64,000 nt of DNA, taken from NCBI GenBank assembly GCA_021613535.1, contig CP075495.1, positions 10,664,001-10,728,000 of the forward strand. Reading direction: 5' to 3'. Positions within the stretch are counted from its first letter, which is position 1. Every line of letters starts with the position of its first letter. Under the pieces are notes generated by a model, which was given only the letters and a program-made list of their open reading frames with translations, did not search any database and was not told the DNA's origin. The DNA comes from Adineta vaga (Eukaryota; Animalia; Rotifera). The translations under genes were made by a program, and so were the position numbers. Positions 12,925-27,100 of this stretch are shown piece after piece.

Positions 12925-15900
12925 TACGTATTTATTATAGGCTAATACTTAATCAATAATTCACATCTAGAATACAAATTGAAAGGAAAAGCATTTCAGT
13001 GATTTCCATTCTATTATATATATACATAGAGAGAGAGAGAGAGAATACAATAGAATCGAATGATTGACGACTGCTTGAAATTTATTATATCTCCCTGTAG
13101 TACTATCTGATGTCAGCAAAGACACACAATAGAGACGGATATGTTTCGTATTGTAATTACTCCAAAGAAATATACTTAGATCAAAACCTAACCTTGGCAT
13201 AACAAAATGCAGATGTCAATCATTCATTTTGATGCTTTTTTAGTTGTTAAAAAAAGTACATATATACGTGAAATGTCTATTCAGGTGAAATATACGCAAC
13301 TTTCTCTTTATGACACACACACACTCTCTCTGTCTTCCTTTTTTATCGATAAAAATTGCGACATCCTATTACTTCGACTTTTTTCTCTTTTTTTAGTGTT
13401 ATACTGTCAAATATTTGTTGAAACACTTTACTATTCGTATAATGTGGTGAAAACTGAAGTGGAAAGGGAAGGTAGTATGGGTATATTTGTACGTACATAC
13501 ATATATATATACATATATGCCTATAGATTTCGATACCACAAGCAATTGCTTGACAGTAAAGGAACAAGGCTATTCCTAGAATGTTTTGATTTTTGTTTCT
13601 CAAGGCATAGAAGAAAAAAAAGAATACAAAGGTTCTACCATTCGTTATCTAATACAATATGATTATAAGAAAAAACAAAGAGCTGATTGATTTTTTCTCA
13701 CTACATTGAACAAACTACTTTTAATGCTGCTTAATTTACTTCAAGCGACAGCTTGTTCGACAACAAACAGTACGAAAGAATGTCATGATGTTGGACGAAA
13801 AATATGCTCGACGTGGATTCTTTTGTCGGATGAGTGGCCTGTTTTTTTTTCTTTTTTTCTCTATCAACTTATTTTGCGTCTTAGAATGAATAAAGAAGAA
13901 GAAGAGAAAAAAGAACACACACATACAAACACATGTGTCCAAGATAGGGAGAAACAAGAACGAAGACGAAGAAGAAAAAGAGTAGAAAAAAGTCCTAATG
14001 GCAATCCAACACAAGTAATGACCAAGAATGACAGACAGCGGAAGAGATCGTAGAATACAGACGTGGGATAGTCGGCATTTGACATTAAGATCATCGCTTT
14101 TTTTCCTTTTCATTCTTTCTTTAGTTTTTTTCATGATAGCAACCTGCCTTAAAGATCGAGCCTTAAAGATAAGAGAACGAAAGAGGAAAAAAAATGACAT
14201 TACATATATATATGTGTATGTATGTATATGTATATACCCGAGTATATGTTGGCACTCGAGTGCAACGGAACATGACTCTGTTGCTCATTCACACGTCTAT
14301 GTTCGTCATTTCATCACAATATTCAATGTTGAAGGTTGAAAGTCGATTTGAGAATACATACGTCTCCATTTACATGTATTGAAATAAATTTTTATATTGC
14401 ATCACTAAGATCATTACAAATGTCGACTCATAATCGTTATTATAACCTTGTTAATGCAATAAAATGCTGATCATATTTATATATACTTAGACGTATCAGT
14501 TTGTACAATTCAAGATAATTATTGTTGTTGTTATTATTATTTTGTTGATTCGCTTATTATCGGTAAAGATAAAATGGTTTCGAACAGCAAAATACATCAT
14601 AGGTAATTGTATTGACAGATCAAAGGAAAGAAAACCATTAATAGTATTTGCTTGACCCTCATATTCTCAATATGCGATAATAATAGTAGATGAAGAGAGA
14701 GAAAAAAAGCGAGAATCAGTAGAATATATATATATTCTAATTGCTCCTCCAAGGCCATGTTTGCCTCTGCTTTGACAACAACAACGAAAATGTTTTCTTC
14801 TCTTTCTATAAATACGCTCTTGTTTCTGTTGATTGTAATCTAAAAAGCCATTGCTCACTATTCATATGCCTGATTATATATGTTTGGATGTATGTGTCCA
14901 CATGTAGACATACGGAAGCCTTGTTTATTCCGACTACTTACACATTACAACATATATAATCAGTATGCAGCGGCATTATTCTATTCTCAAGTTGAGATGA
15001 GAAAAAGAAGAAAAAAGCAACATATTAACGACAAACGAAATTGTACATTGAAAAAATGACTTACCATATATATATATATTCATCACACGATTATATGCTA
15101 TGTTCACTGATGTTCTCTTCGTCTGAATATTAAATAGAGATGTAGAAATCTGATTGAAAATTTTTATCTTATTCAAAAACAAAGAGAAAAGAATGAACCT
15201 ATACTCCTTATAACGATACATATCTACATTTATACATATATGTATATAATTAAGAGAGAAGAAAAAAGCATCATTAATACAATTATATTAATATTAAAAA
15301 AAGATTAAAATATAATTAATTGACAGGTGATATACATACATCAAAGAATGTTCATCGTTTTCTCTGATCCATAAATATTGTCCTCTTAAAAGATTAATAG
15401 AACATCGTCTTTCTTTTTTTCTTCTACACGTGAAGAAATCATAATGATATTTGCATTATACAGTACTTATATTGATAACTTTCGACATTAGATGCAACTT
15501 TTTTTTCACTAAGCTTTGAAGTGATTTTTTTCTTACGTCAAATAATTATATATGTAAATGAGTGGATGCATTTGCTTGTGATTACGTCAAGGAGGAATGG
15601 AAATGTTTTTACTTTGAAATTTGTCTTTTACCTTCAGGGCATTTTGACAAATTGGATTTTTATCATTTGTTTGAGTTACTCAAGTTTCAAGGAAAAATCT
15701 TGTTGACATTCACTTTTAAACTAGAAAAAAAATCTTCTTAGAGAATAATTTCGATAATATGTTCTGCACTAGGACATGAATATAACTAGAGAAATTAAGT
15801 AAATAAAAAACAATATTTTGTTTGTAGAAGAAATAATTCTCAACATGTAAGATAAGATTTCATGAAAACAGAAGCGGATAACGAATAATACTGAATTTCC

Positions 15901-15978
15901 ATAAATGATGATTATATTTTACTGAAAACAAAAGAAATGAAAACGAATCTTCAAAAGATATAATTTAAAGTATTCTGT

Positions 15979-18900
15979 TCATTTCGCAAGTAATTTCAGT
16001 GCATCATCAACACCAACATTTGCATTTCGACCACATGATTCAAGTACACGTTGTAATTTGTCTTCTTCAATTTTCAAATCCCATACATGATTATAAGCAC
16101 GAAAATGTCGACGAGCTTCTTCTCGTGGTAGGACAAAATCTTCTGAAAAATAGGGAAAAAAAGGATTGTTCTTGACTTTTAAGTTCTATAAACAAAAAAA
16201 CAAACATACGTTCTCGATTTGTACTTGTACGATGACTATACATAGCATTAGCAAGACGTAGAAAACGTGAAAACCATGCTGTTGGATGATTACTGTCCTA
16301 TAATATAAGAAATCAACCTTAGTATCTTTTATTGATGAATAAAATGGTTGATTTACTAATCGTTGAACGTTATTATTTGCATTATAATCTTCAATAATTC
16401 CTACTCGATCTCTTTCTTTATATTCTCTTCGAAGTTGATCAAGTAATTGTAAACGAGGTGGAATGTTCTAAAGAAGAGACATCTTTATTTCAAAAACAAG
16501 TTTGTTTTTGATTTTTACTTGTGAATAAACTGGACTTGATCGATCTTGAACTTCTTTCACATCAAAAGCTTGTTGTTTTAAATATTGAACAAATGCATCC
16601 CATCTATCGATTTAGTTTGAATTAGAATGAATCAATGAACATAGAATTAGATATCTACCTGTAGAACGAAGGATTAGCTCGACAATGTTTTTCAAGTATT
16701 TGAAATATTAATGAACGTTGTATTGGTATACGAACTTTATAAACAACTTCTTCGATTTGTTGTCGATTTAAAACTCCACTTTGATTTCGATCAGCCATTC
16801 GTAATTCATTATATAATTTATCGAAATCAAGTGTACCATTGAATTCATAGTTTTTCAAATTTTGTTTTAATAAAATTCGAATTTGACGTTCATCAGGATC
16901 AAAACTGGTTTGTTCATCATAACTACTCAGACCATTATTATCAAATCTCATTCCTGTTTGATATGGATATTGAATATTTGACGATTGATTATAGAAACCA
17001 TTGTTATAACCATTCATATTAAAATTCGATTCCGGTTGCATACTAATTTGTAGAAAATGATAAAATAATCATAAGAAAAATAGAATAATCAAGTTACAAA
17101 TGAAAAGATTTTCTATTAAATAATGAACATCATGCAGTTCAAAATTGTTGTGTACTGCGCAACTCACATGCAAGCAAAAGCTAAGGAGATAGACAACAGA
17201 AATTTTGTCATTATTACTATGTCAATGAAATTCTAATTTCATCATCTTATTAATAAATAATAATAATTAACTATGTGCACGATGATGAAATGTTCGTTTA
17301 ACAATGAAGAAAAGTAAAACGACAAAATTTATGTTATTCGAGAGAGAAAATAAAACAAATAAATCGTAAGAACGAACGATGGACAAGCATTATCGAGAGC
17401 TGTATCATATTAGAATTTAGGTTACTATACCTACCCTCGAAAGGCAAAGTTGTGATGTCTGGAATGCAGTGCCCAGTACCTACCATGCTGGTACTGTCGA
17501 CTCCTATAAAGTGACAACTGACAACACCAAAATAAGATAGTGTGCGTTTGTATTTCAGAGTATATTTAGATTTTTGAAAAGAAAAAAGGAAGAATGCACT
17601 GCATTCAATTGAAATTTTCGTGATTGTGATCGGGAAAAATGTTGAGGGGAAAGTCATGGATATTTAGGTTAAATTAGGTTTATATCCACATCAATATCGA
17701 TTCTGTTGATAACCATGAAAATTCGGATTAGTATAAACCGAAGAATTAAGAGATCGTGAGAGACTGAATAGAAAGAAATTGTTGGTTATATTTTGGTTTT
17801 TTGAAAATATGATTTGAAATGATGTCTAGAGCAGGGGAAAAGTATCACTTACCCAAATTGATTTGGATAGATAGCTGAAAGACATTTGCCAAAATATCGA
17901 ACCATATCTTCGTAATTAACAAAACCACGAGCTTGATCTACTGAAACAAATTTGCACATAGCAAAACGAAGAGTATCTTCTTGTAGATTTAACTACAAAA
18001 GAAAAATAGACTTTTGTTTTTCTAATGCATAAGCAAGAAAATGAAGATATGCATACGCCTAATTGAGAAGCAACTAATTTAATATTGGAATAATGTACAT
18101 AATTTGTTACATTGGGATCATATTTGGTTAATTCTTCATAGAATAATTTTAGTCGATCAATAATTGCCGGATTTGCTAATTGATTACGAATCTGTTCAGA
18201 TAAGCCTTGTTCTTCATAATCGGTCAATAAAACAGGTTCTGCAGGTAAATAGGAATCTTCATTATTAATTATTCCACCTTGTTGCCGTTGAGTCTCATAA
18301 AAATTTGATGATGGTGCTCCACTTCTATACATCATTTCATTACTTGGTACTTCTTGATCTCTGAAAGGCTGCTGTTGACCATCTACTCGATTACTTTGAA
18401 CTGCTCCATCATTGTATTCATTTGTTTTCGAAGCAATGGGTGGTAAAACCAAAAAGTTATTCAATGAAGTTTTTTGTGGTCGAACGGGTCTTACCACTTC
18501 GTTCTAATGGAAAATAAATTAAAAAAATGAAGTTTTTTTTGTTGAGAAAAGAGAAATTGAAAATGATAGATCAAGTTTGACATATATTTCGATATTCACG
18601 GAAAGAATAACAGACAATTGAATATATTTAAACTATTACTTTTACAAACGAGAAATAATCGTTTTGTAAGAGAAAAGTTTAATTTGCTACCATAGAGAAG
18701 AATTATATAAGAAGAAGAGAAAGTGATTTGAAGTAAGAAGATGAAGTGCATTTATATCGAGACTTTATTTTCTCGATTTTGAGAATGTGCATGTATATTT
18801 TTCTTTTCTTTTTTTTGTAGCAACGGAAGTTTGATCATAAATCACTGAAATGAACTTTTAAGAGAATGAAATTGTTTACTGTTTTTCACAGTCAATTTTG

Positions 18901-20287
18901 TTCCACATGAGAGAGGATGTGTGAAAAATAGGAGAAGAGAATTTCTTTTTCTTTTCCAAGATGTATGTGCATATAACATTGATGAAAGATAGACAATGAA
19001 TTTTTATTACCGGTTGCTGATACCATGGAGTATAGTCCTAGATAAATAGTATGAACTCGTTTTTCTTTGTATTCTATTCAATATTTGAATCATTGATTTA
19101 TTTTGTCTATGTTAACAAAAACTAAAGAACTATTCTCTATGGATACATACGGGATGTCGAATACGATTGATATATTCAGTACGATATGTTGTATCGAATC
19201 TTTGTTTCGAATGCTGCGGCCATTGAGCACTATCAATAGCATGAACATGTTGAAGATATTTTGTTGGTGCTAGAGCTGGGTCACTGAAAAAGGAAATTAA
19301 TTGAAAATGAATATAATTAAAATGAATCTTTTCTCACTAGACATGATTAGAAATAGGTTGAGATCGTGTAAATGACATTTATGGATGAAATATTTCAAGA
19401 AATCTTTCCCTTTAATTGAACAGAAATGATGCGTTTAGAAAGTTGTCAAGATACACCAAACAGAGCTGTACTTCGTTTTTCTTATTCTCTTTTCATATGT
19501 GTGTGTGTTTGTTGTTGTTACTATTCTGTCTTTTATCGACGACAAAGAATAGCAAAGTCAGTTGCTTGGGTAACTTACGTTTTTTTTCAACTGATTGGTG
19601 AATGTCTTTTATATCAGAACAAAAGAAAAAGAACAGGAAGAATATATGTGTGTTTCTTTGTTTGACTATTTCTTTCAATCGAAATGAGCTTGATGACATT
19701 TTTTTTCCTCATTTGAAAAAGCAAAGTATCAATCAGAAAAACGTGAAATCAATCGAATGTTGATTCGTTCTTTTATTTCTTTTCTATTACATCAACGAGT
19801 TCTTTGGTGGAAGAAAATGTGTGAAATTTACCTTTCTTTTATCATTGATTCAGAGCGATTTTTAGGAACAATTTGGATTGGATCAAAGGTTGTTATATAA
19901 CGGCCACCAACTATTTTCGTTGTCTGGCCAGGTGTATATTCAGTACCGAATGGTGCGAAAGTTGGAATAGCTGCTGTTGAATATGTGACAGGAATTGGTA
20001 GCTAGAAAAAGTCTCGCCTCTTGATAATCACATTTAACTCGTAGATTAGCTAAATAAGCAATTTCTATGGATTTACTCAAATATACTTTTAATGCTTGGA
20101 ATAAATCATTTGAATAGTCTCCGCCCTTCTCATTATAATAAAAGATTCTAGGACTTCGGTATTTCAAGAAGAGATTTAATTCAAATATCAACTAAAATTC
20201 ACAACTTACCAATGGTTGTAGATTCATACGTTTTGAACTAAAAGTTCCACGATGATCCACAGATGGCAAGTACGCTGTATTCATCAT
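15979..20287 (-). CDS. C1orf87-like EF-hand protein (multi-exon, candidate alternative exons)
   Basis: N-terminal PFGTEYTPGQTTKIVGGRYI; EF-hand-like ELTKYDPNVTNYV and ELRMADRNQSGVLNRQQI; C-terminal WFSRFLRLANAMY...LPREEARRHFRAYNHVWDL, which parallels C1orf87. Exon phases are consistent, including a 27-nt microexon at 19037-19011. Confidence 0.72.
19561..19574. promoter_or_regulatory. RFX X-box-like motif GTTGCTTGGGTAAC
   Basis: Imperfect palindrome fitting GTTRCY-N2-RGYAAC, ~180 bp upstream of a candidate internal first exon (ATG 19378) of the C1orf87-like gene. Confidence 0.6.
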
Positions 20288-21279
20288 GATGACTTTTCTT
20301 CAAATCGACTCAATTTGAAAAGAACATTTTTTGATCGAATGTACCAGAATCAAATAGAAATTTGTCGTTAAAAAATGAGAAATAATTCTCGTTTTTCTCT
20401 ATTGAATGTTAACTTAAGTAAATATTCAATGACAATAATCACGTCATTTCTATTTTTTCTACTATACGATGATTTCTTACTTCAACAATCAGTTTCTTTT
20501 TCTTTTGCTCTCTTTTTTTCCCTAATAGGTTGTAACAACATAATCATCTAAAGAAGAACAAGACGATCGTAATGTAACGGAAAAACCAAAAAAATGCAAG
20601 AAAAAATTTAACTTTCTTCAAATCTTTTCCTTTCAATCAGTAGCCGATCACTCAAAATCTATTATTAAGGTGTCGAACAAGTATTATTTTTCTTTGCAGT
20701 ATTAACATCGTCTAACATCTTATGTCTTGATTGTAAAAATAGAATTTTACTGAAGAGAACGAAAAATATAAAAATAATAAGTAATGAAATCGAAAGTATT
20801 TTGAAAGAAAAAAATTGACACGCTCTTGAATATATATGGATTCTTTCTTAACAAGAAAATTATTCATTCAAAATGATCATAAATCTTAGCTCTTTAGAAA
20901 GTAATTACATAGCTGATTAATAGTAAGAATTTTGTCTGTATTTATTTTCTGAAATTGTTGAATCGAAAACAAGTTCTTTTAATGAACGATAGAAACTTCA
21001 TTTGTTTCAAGCATCAATCTTGTATAAATATCCATCAATTAGAAAAACATAACTGATACAATACTACATGGAAGAGACAAACCAGAAGAGAAAATGGAGG
21101 TAATCATTTTCGTTTCGGTCTATGATGCGTGACTAGTCATAGAGAATGGTATAGATTTTGTCATTGAATATGAAGGCAAAGTAAATAATAATGTCTTGAA
21201 TACCTATACTTATCGTTGTTCACTACACTTGTAAGATTTCATATTCAAATAAACGGTTAACTTCAATTGAAAATTAATC

Positions 21280-21768
21280 ATGATGCAAACTACTCAAACG
21301 CCATTAATAGTCACACCATCTACTCCTACTCCCAATACTTCAATTAAAGGGTATATTGAAAAAGACAAATATTATATTGAATCAAACCTTATGTTTTCTT
21401 TTGCTTAAGTGATGCAGCAGCGCGTCGTTTTGGAATATATTTTCTAAGCGCATTAGCAGTTATTACAATAGGAGCTGGTGTAGGCATTGGCGTTGGAAAT
21501 CTTGCCCACTATAGTAAGTTACAGTTTGTTATCTATTTCCATGGTAAACTTCTTGAATTTTCTTATAGAATATTTCAGTCCAAATAATAATACAAATATT
21601 ACTACTGATGCACTTTTTAATCTAACAGAATATGCACTTCGAATTCCAGTTAATATACCACCAGTATCATCACTTGTTTCAAATATCAAAAGACGAGAAC
21701 TACCACGTTTATGGTTGTCTAAAGAAGTACTTTCGTTGAAAAACAAAGGCGAACATCATCATCAGTAG
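21280..21768 (+). CDS. Small orphan single-pass membrane protein (~120 aa, 3 exons)
   Basis: ATG 21280. Phase-compatible GT-AG introns (~21351-21409, ~21513-21568) give MMQTTQTPLIVTPSTPTPNTSIKGDAAARRFGIYFLSALAVITIGAGVGIGVGNLAHYKYFSPNNNTNIT...; one Gly-rich TM followed by N-glycosylation sequons. Confidence 0.7.
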
Positions 21769-21928
21769 AATAGAAGAATTCGAATATAGAGATAGGTTTT
21801 GTTTTTTGTTTTGTTTATGTTGATGGTTTAAAAGAAAAGAAGAAAATAGAATAACACAAACGCAGGATTGAATTCACTATAAAAATGAAGAGAGAAAAGA
21901 AAGAAAGAAAGAAACGATCTTGATTAGA

Positions 21929-23815
<1,887 letters not shown>

Positions 23816-24017
23816 ATCTGAAATGAAATAACAATTGTATATCGATCGCTTGCTCTCTGTTTTTTTTTATTCCATTAAATTGCTTATGTATATCTAGAAT
23901 AATAATTTCTCAAACATCAACACAAGGGGAAAAACAAAGAAACACGAAAGAAAAGCCCATTCTATATGTTACTCAGCTGAATTTTCCTCGTATTTTTGTT
24001 TTATTTTCATGGGCAAA

Positions 24018-24060
24018 TACACACACACACACATATATATATATACACACACAAACACAT
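24018..24060. repeat. Compound (CA)n/(TA)n microsatellite
   Basis: acacacacacacacatatatatatatacacacac between INTS1 and PSMC3. Confidence 0.85.
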
Positions 24061-24185
24061 AGATAGATACACGCAGAGCAAGAGAGAGAAGAAAAAATAT
24101 ATAAACTTTCTTTTTAAGCTAATCGATATTTAACAAAAAAGAAAGACTTAGTGGAAAGGAAAGACAGTAAAGAACAAAAATGAAA

Positions 24186-27100
24186 TCAATCAGTAGTTGT
24201 CATTACGATCGTTGGTGGTACTGCTGTTATCGATGGCATTGTTGATGATAAATTTGTATATGTAACGGGATCATAACGATGAAGATTAAGTAAACGTATT
24301 GCCTGTGTAATTGATGTTGTTACATCAATTTTATTAATAAGACCTTGTTTGAGAATGATTTGAAAAAGTTCCGTTGCTTTTGATTGAAAATAGATCATAA
24401 AATGTGAAAAATGTTCAATAGCAATTTGAAATACAATCGAATGGGTTGATAAAAGACATTTCATATATGTCGAATAGAAAATGAATGAATGTTGAGGATA
24501 TTTTTCCATATATTTAAATATAAATTCATATGTTTGATCCATTAATTGTTTATTACCATGAAGAAGATAATTTGTTAATGAATTAAGAATTAATTCAATA
24601 TGATCATTGGTTAAATAATGATCTATATGTGATTTTAATTCATTTAATGTTAATAAAATATCATCGATTATAATTGAAGACGTTGATTCATCGATAGAAA
24701 GTGATAATTTCATACGATATTGTTGAATATCAAACGATTTTTGACGTTGTAAAGAATCATTCGATAAAGATAGTTTTGATAAATTATCCAATGAAGAACG
24801 ATTCATTAAACAGAGACGAACATCAAATGGAACTTGATCATTCGTTATCATATTCATTGAATCTAAATGAAAGAATTTTGAAATCACTTTTTTTCCTTGT
24901 AGATCTTTTATTTTACCTGTTAATTCATCGGTTCGTATTGCTTCATAAAGTACTTTTAATTGTGATAAATGATATAGAGTTCTATTGTGTTTATTGGTCA
25001 TTAGAAATTGATATAATTCTTTATTAAGTTGTAATTTTTCTTGAATTTTTTCAAAAAATTTATTATTATATATTCGAAATAATCCATAATGTTGTTGATT
25101 ATTAATTGTTGAATATAAATAATCATAAATTAATTCTAATAAATTATCAATTAAATAAATGAAATCTTTTAAATAATTCGATGAAAGAATATTTTGTTTT
25201 GTACATGAATTTAATGAGGATAAATGTGTTATTAGTAAACGTATATAAACATCAATAATAGCTTGTAGATCTTGTTCATAAATATGATCGTAAATATAAG
25301 GTTTTAAACGAAAAATTAAATCAAATAATGAAAGAAAGAAAGTTCGTTGTTTAGAATTTCTTCGCGAGAATTCTTCCGATGTTAATGTTGATAAACGTGA
25401 TTGTAAATCTAATTTAATCATATTTAAATGTCGAAGAAATAAGAATGGATGTTTTGAAACATAATATTTCAACAAAAGATTAATTTCAAGAGAATTATCA
25501 ATGAAATTTAAATCATAACTATTCAATCGAATTAATAGATCATGAATGATATAATCATAATTTGTATTGATAAAATTCAATTGTTTACATTGTTGTTTAA
25601 TTTGTGAAAATAGATTTGGTAAAATTAAATAAAAATTCTCCGGAAATAAATCTGATTGATTAATATAAAGAATAAAATAGAAGGATGGAAGAATATCTTT
25701 CAACCAAGAAAATGTTTCAGAATCAATAAATATCTTTTGTAAACAATGTTGAAAGAATCTTTTCTTTTCCGAATCTTTTATTAGATAATACAGTATGATT
25801 TCATAACGTTTTTGATATTGTTCATAAAGATTTTCATTCGATAAGAAACGACGATCACCTTCATCGAGAATATAAAGAATCAATGTATATATTTGTTCTT
25901 CATTTAAATCAATTAATAATTCATCATGACAACGTTCAAGCATTTTAAATTCTCGTCCAGACCATAATGGAGATAGTTTTATAAAGGATTCTAACATATC
26001 AAGAATCAATGTACTATCACGATTATTTAATAAAGTACAACGAGATTGTTTTAATGAACGTGTTGATATCAATCGTTGATGATGATGATGAGTGGAATTA
26101 TTTGTTGATAGTATTGTATTTGAATGTGAAGTTGGTAAGGTTAAAAGATCAGAAATACAATTGAGAACAGTTGACCAATCACAAGAATGAAGAAATTGTT
26201 TTAATAATAAACGTTGAGATATAGATGATTCAGTTCGTTGAGAAAATAGAAGACGATTAGCATAGATAGAAATGTTCGATGATCTATGAAGAAGAAAAAC
26301 AAAAAGAAGAAAGTTCATTCAAACTGTTATTCAAATATTTTTTAATAAAAAACAAAAACCAAATTAAGATTTATATACCTTGCTGATTTATAATCCATTT
26401 TTTCTAATTGATCTAAAATCATTCCAATTGTTGGTTCAGATAGTTTATGTTCAGCTTGTATAAGTACATTCATTAATGTACGTTTACATTCATCTTCATA
26501 TTGACTATTCAATTTTAAATATTTATAAAATTGTCTTTCGATTCTTGAATCACTTATTGAATGATAATTACTAAGAATATCTAACATATTATCAACAGTT
26601 AATTGATTTGTTATTTGATTCGTTTTAATAGGTGTTTTGTAATGTTCGGACTGTTCAAATATACGTTTAAATTCATTAAGTTTTATTCGAATTAAACTTT
26701 TTTCGTCGATATTAGATACATCTAATATATGAATTAATTTCATTTGTTCATCATTCATAGATTTATTCTTCATTAAAATATCTAATATAACTAATGATGT
26801 ATTGAATTGTTCTGAGAAATCTTTTAAAAATTCATTTTGATTTGTTGATTGACAAGATTTGAATATTGTTTGAAAGAATTGTGAATAATATTCATTGGAA
26901 TGATTTGTTAACCATTGTAATTGAATTAATAATTGACGACGTTTGATTGAATCGAAATTTTTCTTCATTAAACATCGAAGTAATTCTTCACATTCATTGA
27001 GATTTTTCCATGGAAGTGTAATATTTGTATCAGATATATCCATTTGATTGTCATTTGATATTCCATTCGAAAATGTTTTATCAGATAATTTATTTATACG

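Noticed and set aside
12967-15706. Many overlapping 60-150 aa ORFs on both strands
   Set aside because: Low-complexity translations of microsatellite and poly-A/T-rich non-coding DNA, with no coding codon bias.
20200-20213. ACAACTTACCAA resembling the bdelloid spliced-leader sequence
   Set aside because: It is the reverse complement of an ordinary GTAAGT donor of the C1orf87-like gene; no SL-RNA context.
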